Source: Toensbergia leucococca
Lineage: Eukaryota
Length of the DNA: 42,613 bases
Assembly (NCBI GenBank): GCA_022813965.1
Contig: JALDZS010000195.1
Location: 1-42,613, forward strand
Direction: 5' to 3'
Shown: positions 1 to 14,200 of the stretch, piece after piece
Position numbering within the stretch: the first letter of the stretch is position 1
Layout of the letters: each line of letters begins with the position of its first letter
Translations under genes and position numbers: made by a program
The notes under the pieces: generated by a model
What the model saw: only the letters and a program-made list of their open reading frames with translations
Told to the model about the DNA's origin: nothing
Database searches by the model: none

Positions 1-405
1 TACAAAAAGTCTGATATATTATCTTTAGCCTTGTAGACTATATCTGAGATGACACAAATTTGTTGACTAATGTATCTAAAATATATTCTTATGTAGATTA
101 AGACAAGGAGGTGAATTACCTTCACAAAACGCATGAAATGACTCACAAACACACTTTGTCACGGGACTAGGCATGGAATTTTCTAGAAGTGACAATGTAA
201 AGGTAACTTCAGACACATTAATCATGTGTACTGAATTGCCTAGATTGAATCGCGTGTACTATTGATATTCAATTGCTAGCCACGCGAGATGATGATTAAC
301 CCAAGCAATCACATACTATGTTTGCTCCTAGAATCTTATTCAACATACACTTCCAGGAGCTCTTACAAAGAGAACTATGAGATTTGACTTTCCTTCCCCT
401 TCCAC

Positions 406-3400
406 CTAGTCTTCAAAAGCTTCTCCCATCAAGACCCGGCCCTCCACAATCCTTCCCATATGCGTCCCCAAGAAGCCTTGGCCTTTTCTCCGGATACCTG
501 CCCACCCCTTCCAGAACGGTAGCAGTGGACTTGGTGCGGCCTTCAACACCTGACATAGCACACTGTAGTCGTCATAGCTATTCAGATAGAGCTGACCAGC
601 GAATATGTGTAATTCTAAACGGACCAGCTGCGTGAGGGTAAGCCAGCCAATAACCGATGGACAAGGTGTTGTCGAAGATGGTAGGTAGTCAACCGATCGC
701 ATTGACATTGTGACGCGAGGCTCATAAATATGCAATTTGACCTTTGAGGCCGAGGAGCGGATGGTTTGTAAAAGCTGATTCGCTTCAAATTGAGAGATAA
801 TCAAAAGCTCAGTGGGACGTTCTTCAAGCTTGCTGGTAAGGACCCAATTTACCGGACGAAGATACTCATTGTAGTATCCCGATGTTGGACGTTTTACTGT
901 GCAAGTGAAATCTCTAGTCACAAACAGCCGGTGCATGCAAAGACTCTTTCCTCTTGCTCCGATCAAATGACCGGTAGAGGTATTGGAGATAATCGCATCC
1001 ATTGCTGAACGGAATTGGCGAAGCTGCCGGAGAGAACCTGAGTGGATGAAAGAAGGAAGTCGGGGATCAATCCTGTGTTTTACAGGCTTTACCATTGGGG
1101 GACGCTCAATGTGCGTCTCCTGTTCGATCTCGTGGGCTACCTCACGTTCGTGCTCTTCGTGCACGGTAGCGCGGTGTGATGTACTAGGGTCCAGTTGATC
1201 TCAGGTCTCAATGAGATGGCGTACATTCGGAGTCAAATCGTCACGGTTGAGCTCTATCAATCCAGGCTGCTTATTTGTCTTGATTGACGTTGGCGCATAA
1301 AGGTCTTCAAGACTTTGCATTTCATGCTCTTTAAAGTCAGTCACGGATTCGAAATTAGAGTCAGGGCCTGAGGCAAGTTCCTCTATCCGTGGATAACGGC
1401 TCCAGAAACGTTCCATTTTGATTTGTCGCTGGTGGTGACCTAGACCTTGCATGCCCCACAGGCCTTGGCTACGCTCGATGCTTAAGCAGCTCTGCTCAAG
1501 ACTCCATTCGATGACATCAAAGGCATCAAATCTATCATGCTCTGCTTTCCCAGTCATCTGCATAATGCTTCGATGGACCTCGGGCGGGGCTACGAACATC
1601 AGCGACTGTCCGTGAGCGAGTTTCCGAAGTCGCATGCAAGCTAGAACTTGATTAGCAGTGCTTGGGAGATTTCAGCTATGAAATGGTGGCAATTGGGGTA
1701 GGATGAAGACTATATTGCCGTATAGTCTCTCAAGGGAGACTAGGTAGAGGGTATTCATTGATGGTAGTAGTATTCCCTCGCACTGGTTTTCATCCCATCT
1801 CGAGAAGGGTTTTAAAGGTACCTGCAAGCGTTGCACGATTCCCTCAGGCTACCATCGTATGTTCTTCTCTAGACTGGACTTGACTTGGGCATTGAGGGAA
1901 GCAAGACGGATATGGTATTCCTTGATAATCAAGGTTTTTGGCAGACGCACCTTGAACGAGTCTATCCTTGGTCAATCGAGGACCTAGAGTTACGGCAGCG
2001 CGAGCATTGATGGGTAACTTGAGATCAGTACCCCTTGTGTGTACCTCATCAAGGTATACCACACAACGATCGAGTCGGCTCTGGAATGATGACGATTTGA
2101 GATTCTCTCGTTTCTCATCACGGGTCAAAACCATCATGTTGTCATTTTCATCAAAGAAAATCCCAGCATCGACTGTAGGCTCCAGTTGCAGCCAGCATCT
2201 TGCCATCTCTTCATTCGGGACATTCAAGACTTGAGTACCAACGTCTATCAGTACGCGGACATTTGAATCATGCTGTTTGATTAGTCGAATTAGATCTGAG
2301 GCCGGTAATTGACGGCCCACTTCATCTGCGGCGAATAGATAGGCTTGACTTTCTTCTCGCAACACAGTAGTCAAAACCTTTCCACTAGTGTGCTTCAGTG
2401 CTCTCAGATCTTGCTGAGATATCGACAGTGGCAACAAGAATCTATTGTCGTTTGTCCCGCTGAAGCCTGTGGTAAGGTGGTGTTTTTGAGATGGAATGTC
2501 CCAGCCCGAAGTTGACAACTTTTCATCAAACTCTTTGCCTTCTTGAGGGAATACCACGTGGTTCATGAAAAAATCTGCAACATTCTTGTTGTATTTGAGG
2601 GCAGCGAAAAGACTGTTCAGGGATACCTCATCTTCCAGGTTTACCCCATTCCAACTACGTAGGGGACCTGTCAGGGAAGAGTTCCTGATCCAGTTTCCAT
2701 ATTCCATCGTTGGATCGTCACACTTGTGCAGTAGCTCAAAGCTTTGGCGAAGCTGAGAATCAGAAAGTCCAGTGTAGTAGTAACTTAGACAAGTGAGTGC
2801 AACGGCAGCGTCTGGATGACCGAATTCGGCGCTCTGTGATGGAATACCCTTTGCTAGGTAAGGCACCGCTGAGAGGCAGCGGTTAGGATGTAGGCCATAG
2901 TTGACCAACCATCTCTTACTTCCTAGGGCGAATAACAATATCCCATAAGCCACCAGGCCGCAAACGATTAATAGCTTTTGCCAAGTCAACAGATCGCTCT
3001 TGTAGAATTCTTTGACAACTCGACTATATCTGTCGTCAACGTTGGGGTCTTGTATGAAACGTAACGCCGCATCTTTGACGTTTTCCGGACATTGCTCGAA
3101 ACTGATACTGGACAAATGGTCGTCACCAACATCATGAACAATGCGTGAAATCAGCACGTTGCCGATCTCTCTAGAAAGTAAGCGGATGGTTGGAAAATTT
3201 CCAGCTGACCTCCACTCAAGCTCAATCTGTTCTCGATACGTTAACTCCAGCGCAGATGCATGCCTTTCAATAAGACCAAACATCGCCTGTGTTAGTACCC
3301 AGCGGTCTGGTTGTCCATCCATCAAGCGCTGACTGCCCATGGTGTAAATAAACTGGAATTTGACGTCCAATATCTCGTCACTTTCGTCGAGAATATCTCG

Positions 3401-6400
3401 TGCGTTTTGTTCCAGCCATCTTTGCGCTTTCATCAGCCGCGATCCGACCAGGTACTCACAAGAAGATAATCGCTCAAGCCCGATCAATTTGAACGATAGA
3501 ATGTGTTCCGGTTGGGCTAGAAGAATCTCACAATTCGTTAAACATTCCTTCTGCAAAGCCATAATTTGCGAGACCACACTCTCATCAATCTCAGTCTTTC
3601 GGGAGAATGGCATATAGTAGATGCGCCGACCAATCATGCTGCCGAGCCGCTGCGAGAGGATGTCAAGCATTTGCCCGGAAAGAGCTTTTAGAACAATTAC
3701 CCTACACAGTCGTGTGCCGTCTGCAATAGCGGCAGCAATCAAGGGGACAATCACCGAAGACTTGCCTTCTCCCATATTCAACTGGATCAACGAGTTCGAC
3801 GAGGATGACGGTCGAATCATCTCCTCGGCCACTTTTACTTGATTCGGTCTAATGAGAAAGTCGTTGTCGATTTCCATAAGCAACCAATCAGGCCGACGTA
3901 TTGCCTTCCATCCTGACCGACCACTATTTTCTGCTTCCTCAAAGAACGCTGACACGTCTTGCCGTTCTGCAGCTAATGAAAGGCGTCGAGCTCGCTGGAA
4001 CATAGACAGTGCTTCTCCAACTTCACCGAGAAAGTCTTTCCAAGGCGGACTAACAATTGTCTTTGACGATGCTGATAGCAGGCCTAACAAGCCTCGGCAT
4101 GTGGAGTGAGGCCAAAGGCCTCCATACCTAAGTAATCTTAAGGAGGGTGTATCTGGCTCGAAAATTTCGGAAACCAGCTCCAGAAGGCGAAGTACGCGCT
4201 GCTCACAGAGTAAGTAATGTGAAAAAACCTCTTCAATAGAGCAAGGGAGTTTCTGAGGCGTCGAGTACTCATCATAACCTTTCAAAGCCGTAAGACTAGC
4301 TAGAAGGTCGTTCCGATGACGAGTTCGGATCGAACATGAGTCGGAAGAAACTGACAATCTTTCAATCATTGACCGGAGCTTCTTATTTGATACTGTCGTA
4401 AGTGACGACCTTCCGACTTGAAATAAATCTTGCTGAATGATCAGGTCGGGCAGATCAACTGACATCAGACAATCAATTGTTGGTATGTAGCAAGTCTGAT
4501 CAGTACTGGGTATCGTCTCGTATGATTTCCAACCCAAAGGCAGGGAAATGGTCATTCTCTCAAGCGACGCGGTCAAGATTTGTTGAAGCTTTGAAATATA
4601 AGCTTGAAATTTTCGATTCTTGTCCCGTTCCGTGAATAGTGCCCAGTCACCTTTGTCCATGCAATTGAGTTCAAAATGCTTTGCTGCTTCAGGGTTCAAA
4701 AGACTGGGACGATGACAATCCTAACACTCGATGTACATGTCGATTAGGGGCCCGATCTGCGACATGACCTCATTCATAAACGCTACTTTTTGTTTACGTC
4801 GTTGACGAGCAGCAGCTTTCCCACTCAAAGCAGTGGGTGGCGCTTGGAACTGTTTCATGTTGCCCTCGATGACTTGCCGTATCTCGGCCCTATCAGGAGA
4901 GTAGCCCTTTGATAGAGTAAAAGATCGGTGCGCAGGAAGCCCCTTCACTGCACGCAAGTCTGGCACAAAGGCAAAGGCTAGTAGCGTTATCAGTGGTGTC
5001 AAACACACTATTGATTGACCAAAAGCAATGATCGAGAAGAGAAACATTAACTTGTATTTTGCCTTTCTTGAGCTATTTCGGCATATATCAAAGAGTGGTG
5101 CCCATGAATCAGAAAGCTGGATGTGAAGCAAGCTGGATACGGAGCTAAAGTCACCAAGCTCTTTGCTCCCAAATCCAGACACAGTACCTAGATTTTCCAG
5201 CTCGGTCATTAAAGTCGAGGAAACCTCTAGTCTTGAGGGCCACTGTTTGACTAGGGAAGCAAGTTCGTACACTTTGCGGGCTCGCTCGGAAAAGGAAGTA
5301 CCTATGCGCTCCCTTCCCTCATATATAGTATCTTTAGTATGTGATGTAGTGTTTCCTCCATATTCAGCACTGCGATATGTAGAGACACGGTTCCTGGCGC
5401 GTTCTAGTAGAAGGTGATCTCCACGGCTAGCTAAGAAGGGCAATTTGCCAAAGTTTGGATAGAAGATGCTGAACCGGTTTCTAGATGTAACGATATCTTG
5501 CACATATGTAATGAAGTTATCGTGTTGGGACAGCTGTGAGAGTTCAGGGTGCCATTGTACTTGCTGCATTACTCGGAGATGTTTAGGATATATGTCACGC
5601 CCTGGCGTCAGATTTGCGATCTGTTGTAGTAGATCTAGAGTTTGAGGCTCTGGTGGTCGACCGGATTTCAAAGCCTCCTCCCGAAGAGTTGTCAAAGCTT
5701 CTTCGGTCCCAGTACGGCCAGTAAAGGGATCGGGAAGTATGTACGATGTTAGAGCATGAAGGTAAGTCTTGTATAACTTACTCAAAATATCACCTTCCTC
5801 ACATAGACGTTTCAGCATCGAATCGTATCGATACTGAAATATTCGAATGTTTCTCGCGATACCTCCAATGGTAATCCTTACATGAGCTTTGGATTTGTTT
5901 ACGGTAATGGTACCGTAAGGGATAATCACCGTACGATCGAGCTGACTCGAAAGGTCACCACGGCCGCACAATACCAATCGACTTTATAGTCCAATCATAG
6001 TACCAATGGATTGGTCTCGATCGACTATCTTGCAAAGCTCGTGGCACTCCATATCGCGGCCTTGGTTAAGGAAGAACTTCAGATCGAGTCGAGGCAATTT
6101 GGCCTCCAAGCGACCCGCGTCTGAGACAGTAATATGAACAAACTCAACTTTCTCCAGTGGCTTCAAGATATCCATGACAGCTTTACATGTATCACTTCGT
6201 ATATCAATAAGCCTTTGGTCTCCTTGACGTAGTACGGATGACGATCGTTGGCCGTAATGAAGGCGCCAATTACCTGCAAGAGAGGTCCATCGCTGGTTAA
6301 ACGGCCTGAATTCAACCTCTCGAGTACGAATATCCAGCCAATGGGCGTAATCTTCAATAAGGATTGTTGGGAAATCGCCCGCTAGCACTTCCTGTGGCAT

Positions 6401-9400
6401 ATACTCCAGCACCTGCGCACCCATTTTCGCACGGATGACCATCTCACCGTTTCGCATGCCAAAATACACATGATAGCCGTGTTCTGTTTGAGCTGACATG
6501 TAGACCATACCTTTCATATCGGCCGAAAACACGCGCAAAATCCGAGAGCCGAACATATTTTGGTATAGCTTCGTCTGAGTGTAATTCTTCGGTAATATTC
6601 CTAAAGGCTTTCCATCAACCAGTAGGTCGCCTTCCAAGATATTGTAGAATACCCTCTGGGATGATTTATCCGATGCTGCTGCAGTATTTATAGTAACCCA
6701 ACGATCGTTCGGAATATCTAGTGAGATCCATAATCGCGATGAAGCTTGAAATCTAGACCATACACGAAGTACTGCCTGACTCAGCCCTCGATTGTTCTCA
6801 ACGGTGATCAGTTGGTGTACTATCTGGCAGAGCTGATGAGATAGCTTTTGATCTCGGATGAGCAGGCGATGGAGCTCTGGAGGAAGTAATGCAATGTTAC
6901 CTGGTGTATTCTCTTGAACGAGTAGAGAGCTGTAGACCCAGCATGCAAGGTCATCCTCAGTCATGATTTCTAACAGAATTGATTTCGAATCGACATCGAA
7001 AGTCATCCGGCAGATCATCGCGACTTTAAGCAGGCGATGCTGTAGTTTTGATACGCGATAATCGTCCGAGGACTCATGTAAGAGCTGTCTGAGATCTGTA
7101 GCCCATTTTTGTGCTACTAAACGAGCCCTCTGGAGTATCACAAAGGCTGTTCTTCTGGCTTTGTTATCTCTCGTTAGGGAAAGCGTGCGTAACGTGATGA
7201 TAACCAACGTTAGTAAAATATAGTCGCTATTCCAATTGGCGCTGATGGTCTCTAATACATCACCCACGATCTTCAAGAGCTCTTGACAGAAGTCAGGATC
7301 ACGGAAGATATTATGTGAGGGCCTCAAAACATCGTCTACCACACTTCCTGCTGAGCCCACTTGCCAGGCAGCCTGTATAAAAAGAGTACAGACAGCTTCA
7401 GAGTTGAGCGTTAGATTTGAAGCCGATAACTCGCGCATGATGTTTAATCACTGTACCCGTTCTCCCTCGGCTCGTAATGACCCGAATGCAATATATTCAT
7501 GTATACTGATATCTCGGGAGCATGACTCTTGGTCCGCGATCACCTTGTTCTGCTCGTGGTCTGTGGAATCAACAGCATATTGGAGGTTGGCATAAGGACC
7601 GCTTGGTAGTCTTGTGATGCACTTAGACTGGAGACTGGGGACATCGACTTCGTTGGCTACCCAGGATTGACCTTGTCGGTCGTGAAGTTTGTATTGCAAT
7701 GCATTATTGACGTAAAGACTCTTCAAAGATACAGGAAATTGCATTGCCTTGTAATGACTTACTAGAAATGACTTTGTCGTTGAGGCAAATCCCAAGCGCG
7801 AAGATCTCTTTTCGGCGTACGGTTCGAGTCCAGCATAATTGAAGAGCATAGCGAGTGGTGCACATTGCACGGCGGTTGCCCTCCCAAGGTCTTGAAGAAT
7901 CATCCAGGTAATGTCCCGCCAGGCCGAATAACATCGAGGACATCTCAATTCGAATATTGTCGACTTGTACTGCGCTTCATCAGTCGGGAGGGGCCATTCA
8001 TATTGCCCAATTACCACTTCTTTTCTTGCTCGTTCAAGTTCACACTTTTCACACTGTGCTGCGTGCTGCCTTTGGCCATCACGATCGTAGGTCACACTGC
8101 ATGTGAGCCCACTTGCCTTCTCTCCTAGGGCTTGGAACTGTCTTGTCTTTTCTTCCCACTCTCGTTTCTTCTCCGCCTTTTTCACCAATGCGTCGTCTTC
8201 TATGACCTTTCGCAAATCTTGGTGCTTGTTCGAGAGATTGTAGAAAGCTACAGTAAATGACTTCTGGCAAGGATCCGAAAATACAGATGGCTTCTGTTGG
8301 TCTGCAGAGTAGAGCCGGTTTTCGACGTATTTTTCGATCTCTCGTAATCGTTGCATCTCTTCTAATTTAGAGAACAACAAAGGATCAAAAAATGTGGAGG
8401 GAATTTCAGGAGAAAACTGCCCAAGTAAAGGCAGCAAAGTTATCACCATGGTGTCCAGCGTACGCCATAGCTCCATAATAGTCAAGACCATGATTGAGAG
8501 CTGTTCCGGTACGTTGTTGTATACCAACATTGCTCTATTTTGGTATTCCCGGGTCAGTGCAGCTACTTCTACGCAGTCACTCTCGGATAGAGATTCAGCT
8601 TTCTGTGCAGACCATGCACCCAGGGACCGAGAGACCCAAGCCTCAAATTCTGCTAGGACAAACAGTAGGTCGTCTTCGGTGGTATTGAAACAGCTGACAT
8701 CAGGTAGACCGTTCTGGTACTCTGTTATCCAAGGCTTGCATTGCAGGTTGAATGTGGGGATTATCTCGGGCTCAACGGCATCTGCTGCTAAAATAGAGTT
8801 CAAGTATGATCTACTCATTTGGAGTGAGAGAGCAGTATCTTGTTCAATCACACTGTCGTCGATCGTTGAGGGAGTCACCACTGCCTCTTGCTGAATCGTT
8901 TCCCAGACTCTAGCTATGTCTTTCGAAGTAGCCTCACACACTGACAGAGCTCGCGCTCTTACAAAATCCACCGTATTTGCTTTCAGCTTAAAGACTCGAC
9001 GAGCAATTTTGGTGTTGATAAGAAAGCGATCATCTTCAGGTATACACGACCTCGATGCTTGCGAGGAAATTTCTGCGATCAGAAAAATCATGAAATTTTT
9101 GTACTGAAAAATTGATACGTCGTCAGGTAAAGTTTATACCAGTGTCGTCTGTATTGCGACCCTCATTGAGAGCCATAGAGGAGATCGTCTCCATGGTTGA
9201 AGGCAGTTGTCCCAGAGAACATCATCCCGAAGCCGCTTTTTAATGCGGCGGACCTTAATCGATTCTCCTAACGACGATAAAAGAGCCATTAGCATCTCCG
9301 TAATAAGTCCGGGATGTGCGGTATCTCTTGTTTCAATGACTGTTGAATTGGCCTTGAGTGTTACAGGCATCATATTGTCTACAATCTCCGCATCCAGCTT

Positions 9401-9960
9401 TTCGAGGATCATGGTTAATTCGTGTTGGAATCGGTGGTCTTCGAAAATGGAGTTATTGATTGCAACTCCATGTCCCGGGAAAGAACAGGCAAGACTAGCC
9501 TGGCAACTCATCACGGCGCTTGTTTGAGGTGAAGTCTCGAAGCATTCAAACGTAACTTGACTGGATTTCCTCCGCATGATGATGGCAGCATTCTGGGCTT
9601 TGACCCGGAAGGCAAGGACGTCTAGGCACGTATTCTCAATCAGTAAGGACCAAATGGTCACGAAGATAGACACTTACCGCCCAGTCGTAGATTAGTGAAG
9701 TGCGATAGCAGCACATCTTTTGACAAATTTACGCTACTATCCAGGCTTACCCAGGCTAAAAGCATATTGGCAATGGCAGTCCATGACTGCGGCAACTCGG
9801 AGGAACATTGCTGTCTGTATATTCGGACTTGTTCTAGGACCAGTTTAAGTAGAGCTTGTTCGGCCCCACTCGAGAATTCAGTGTCTTCGGCTTCCAGTGG
9901 GAGTTTGGGGGGTAGGATAACATGGTGAATGATATACAGCAGATACTCTCGCGAAGTCAT
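406..9960 (-). pseudogene. Giant DUF3638/DUF3645-type P-loop NTPase (SecA/SF2-helicase-like core), ~3,060 codons, 2 introns, 5 in-frame premature stops
   Basis: Eight minus-strand ORFs join into one frame. Introns are 9622-9677 (GTAAGT...CTAG) and 1641-1950 (GTGCGT...GCTAAT...CTAG), the latter restoring RLVQACMRLRKL. Stops lie at 9134 (TAA), 7448 (TGA), 5984 (TAA), 4721 (TAG) and 1201 (TGA). Motifs: N-terminal HHVILPPKLP, PWRRSPLW, QLNMGEGKSSVI (Walker A-like), ILDESDE (Walker B-like), AVPY..K..PS..AEFGHPD, DEVHTRGTDL, EEHERE. Confidence 0.88.
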
Positions 9961-11208
9961 ATTCAGAAGGCTGCCTGAAGAGGCTGTTGGTAAGGAGTGT
10001 AGGTGTTGTGGTGCTGATTATGAGGGCGGATTGGGTGGCCGTCTAGCAACCTCAGCTTGAGCTCCAACCCTAAGTGATGTAGAGAAAGTCTGTATAACAG
10101 CTCCAATGGAAGCAGACACACGTCTAGGTAGTAAGGTTCCTGAGTCAAGATGGAGAAATTGTAGCAATGCTGTTACAAGTAGCGTTTTGTTTGCTGCGAA
10201 AAAGACATAGATTCACTAACATGGCGTAAAAGTCAGACGCACACTTATGTACTTGCAGAAATGAGTATGGGAACGAGTGCTTTGTTTCGAACGTGTATGT
10301 CACATTTTGCATCAATGAAAGTGGTAAGACATACTGAATCTTCTAGCGGTTTCCCCGTCACTCATACCTATCGTTCTCCCAGCATCTCACCCTAAAATTC
10401 CATCATCTACCAGTGGCTTCACGGCATCTTCGTACAGATTTTGTAGTACAGACACGACACCTCCATCATTGCATCCTAGTGCAGTGGTGATTGGGTTTGC
10501 AGCTGCGTTTATTGCCGGTCTCTTCGTTCTCAGCCTACGGTGACAATAGTACCCATCCCTCTGAAGCACTGGGAGAGTGAAGCAAAGAACGTGGCATCTA
10601 ATCGACCAGGCTATTCAATGGCTATCAAATTTGCGGCTTTTGCATGAGGTGGAATTGAATAAGTATCGGTACCCTCCCACCTCCCTTGCCTCCATAGCTT
10701 ACGCGTGGAGACGTGTTTAGCGCCACTCGCGCTAGAGCAGCACCAGCAATACCTACGAGTAATCTCCCGTCCCTCGCTCACAGATCGAGGACCACAGTAC
10801 TCTACTCCGTATCACTAAGGTATTCTAATGCTGATTACAGTATTGTTCTTGAGCTAAGGATACCTTACTTTAGCTTTTAGAATATTTCATGTTTAAGCTC
10901 CAAATATCTCTTATGCCTGGGGTGTGTGAGGCTGTGCTCAAGATCAGAAACAAAATTTGAACTTATGTTCCGGTGCCACTGTGCTGTGATCAAAGTACTA
11001 GAATAGCGTCACTGGCGTCACCTACAGTAGAATATTCTACCATCATTCTATGGCGTTTGTGGTGGCTGAGGACTAGGCACTTGAACAATCACAGCCTTTC
11101 CTGCTCCGCCTACCAAAACCTGCTCGTCCAAACCCGATAATCGAAATTCCAAGTACACGATGCTCTCTATCTGTTGCGCGTCGGCACTCTTCAATGTGAA
11201 GTGCAGCG

Positions 11209-14200
11209 ATGGACGGAGTCAGCGCCGCTGCCTCAATCGTGGGTCTTCTTGGCTTTGCCATTGAGCTCACCGAAACCGTGTATGGGTTCATCAAAGGAGT
11301 CCACGATGCCCCAAAGGAAGTCCATAGTCTTAAATGCGAGCTACAAATGGCCCAGGAGATCATGGAATCCCTCCACGACGTGATCGACCTCGGATCGTTC
11401 AGTCCGCCAGCATCCCTCTCCCAAACAGTCGAGGAAACCATAGACGAACTACAAGCTTTGAGGAACAAATTGGAGAAATGGCACCGGAGCTCCAAGATAC
11501 GTCAAGCAGCCAAGAGGTTGATGTGGCCGATCAAAGAGGACGAACGTCGCAAGACGGTCGAGAATCTTCAAAGATACATTTGCATTTTTCAGCTAGCTCT
11601 AACTATGGACGGCCGGTAAGCATCCCTTCACACCCCCTGGTACTATTGATGCTTGCTGACACAGGCATGTAGAGAGATGCTATCCAAGACGACCGGAAAC
11701 GTTGAGGAAATCGTCTCAAACTTGGAAATTTTAGTCAGAACCTCTGCGATGACTTCATTGGAAGTCTCCCAAATACTCGGGAAGCTAGATTCCATACCGG
11801 ACGACCTAGATGAGATCAAGAAATCTACCCAGAACATTGAGAAATCACAATACCGGACAGCCACACAGCAGGCAAAGGCTGAAGAAGAGATAACACGAGT
11901 TCGTATACTTGGTTCCATATCGTCACTTAATTTCAGGGCAAAACACAACGACGTCTTGGGACAGCGTCAACATGGGACTGGAGGATGGTTTCTTGACTGT
12001 GCCCAAGTCCAGGCGTGGCTTTATCCATTGAGCACCTCCATACTATGGGTTTCTGGCGATCCTGGGGCAGGTAAGACTGTCATGATCTCTGCCGTCATCG
12101 AGCATGTAACATCATCCCCGCAAATTCAGACTGCTGGCCAGAAATCTCGTGTTGCCTATGCCTATTGTCAATACAAAGACGCCGAAATCCGAACTACTGG
12201 GGAAATATTATCGTCCCTGACGCAGCAGGTGGCTCGACAGCATTCAAGTCTCCCAGATGTAATCAGGACCTTCTATTATGATAAAATTGAACCGCAAAAG
12301 GTCATTACCATTGAGGATTACACACAGCTACTACTTGACCTTGCACAGCCCTCTGTACCCGCCTACATATTCATTGACGCCCTTGATGAATGTTCGGACA
12401 ATACTCGTGAAGAGCTTCTGGACGTCTTTCCAATTCTGAAGCCGGCCTATAAAATTTTTGTGACTTCTCGATCCAATGTAAATCCTTGCCAGAGCCTTGA
12501 AGATTTTGTGCGTGTTCAGCTCAGAGCCGATGAATCTGACGTTCGGGCGTATCTAAAGGCGAACATCCGCCGTCGGAAACGCCTGGCTAGGTTCTGTACC
12601 CAGGATCCACTACTTGAGTCTGAGATGATCACGACAATCAGTGAAAAGGCGAGTGGTATGTTTCTCCTTGCACGCCTACAAATGGATAGATTGGGCTCGC
12701 AAATGAACCAAAAAAAAGTACGGGTAGCTCTTAGTAGGCTTCCCTCTAGCATTGCCGACAATTATAGAGATACAATCGAGCGTATCAAGAGTTCAGGCGA
12801 AAATGGGTTCGCAATGGCAAAGAGAGTTCTTGCTTGGATTTATTTTGCAAAATGAAGTCTAGGGGTGCAAGAGCTTCGGCACGCATTGTCTGTTGAACTC
12901 GAAGATACAGACCTGGATTCAAGTGCCTTGACTGAGACCGATATCCTAATCGGCGTTTGCGCTGGACTTGTTGTTGTTGACGAACAAAGTAGCGTGTTAA
13001 GGCTGGTGCATTTTTCACTTCAGGAGTATCTTGACGAGGTCATCTATGGACTCGTGCCGGGTGCTGAATTGGAAATCTCAAGCGTTTGCCTTACTTATCT
13101 GAACTTCGACGTCTTTGCTAGACCGCATGATCCCAAGTCCTATGCTTTTGCCGAATATGCATCTGTGTTTTGGGTAGATCATCTTCGTGGTCCACGGGAA
13201 GAAAAACTAATGCCCGTAGCCATCAAGTTCCTGATGGACCGCCATCGTGTATCTTCAGTTGTGAGGAAGGCACGGTCTATCAGCGATGGCTCGTCAAATT
13301 TCTACTTCGGAGCTTTTCCAGCCATGTCGACGCCTTTGCACGCTGCAATACATTGGGGCCTTGAGCGCCTGGTCCCTGTTTTACTGAAACACACCAAATA
13401 CATTGATGCGTCAGACTTCCGCGGACAAACTGCGCTACACTGTGCGGTGGAGAAAGGGAACGTTCCAATACTTCAGGCGATCCTAGATGCACAGCCCACC
13501 CTTGATGCTCAAGATTCTTCATTCCGAACTCCACTTATGATAGCCCTGCAGCGTAACCCCACTGTTGCTCAGATACTTGTGGACAGAGGTGCGCATGCGA
13601 CAGTAAAGGGCAACTCTGATGATTTTGTTCCCCTTGTTGAAGCGGCTAGTCGCGGCTATTTTACTATAACGACATCACTGCTTGAAAATGGTGCCGGCTC
13701 GAGGACGACTACCAGGGATCGTGCACTTTTCGCAGCAGCCGTAGCTGGCTATCCTTCTATTGTACGTCTGTTGTGGAGCTATGGCGCCCGAGCTAGTATG
13801 GCGATAGAGGGAAACAAATTCTTAATGCAAAAATTGGTCGACGAAATGAATCTCTCGATGATTGAAATAATCCTTGAGACTTGCCTAGATGTGACTCCGG
13901 AAGTTCTAAACTGTCAACGCATTCTACATCGGGCAGCCACTCAAGATGATGAAGGATATTGGCATATCAAGTGCTCAATCATTCGAAAGCTTGTTGCTTA
14001 TGGCGCAGATCCGAATATAAGAAATGTCCATGGCCAGACGCCGTTACAAAAAGCAGCCGAGTATGGCAATGAAACAGTCTTGCGCCAATTGCTGCAGCTA
14101 GGGGCTTCGGTAGAAGTTGTGAATTTACGGGGCGAGACCCTATTACATACTGCTGCAGCGAGTTTTGAACCGCAAACAATGAGTTTGCTACTTCGGTACA

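Noticed and set aside
156..195. TTGTCAC...GTGACAA inverted repeat resembling LTR termini
   Set aside because: Only 40 bp long, with no target-site duplication or retroelement sequence; compatible with chance.
790..9928. Numerous plus-strand ORFs overlapping the giant gene
   Set aside because: Antisense shadows of the minus-strand coding frame.
10387..10569. Ankyrin-like fragment (TTAL...YEDAVKPLVDDG) between the divergent genes
   Set aside because: Too short and degenerate to support without a search.
11209..11619. Amyloid signalling motif at the NLR N-terminus
   Set aside because: The N-terminus is a helical STAND/HeLo-like domain with no N/Q/G-rich pseudo-repeat.
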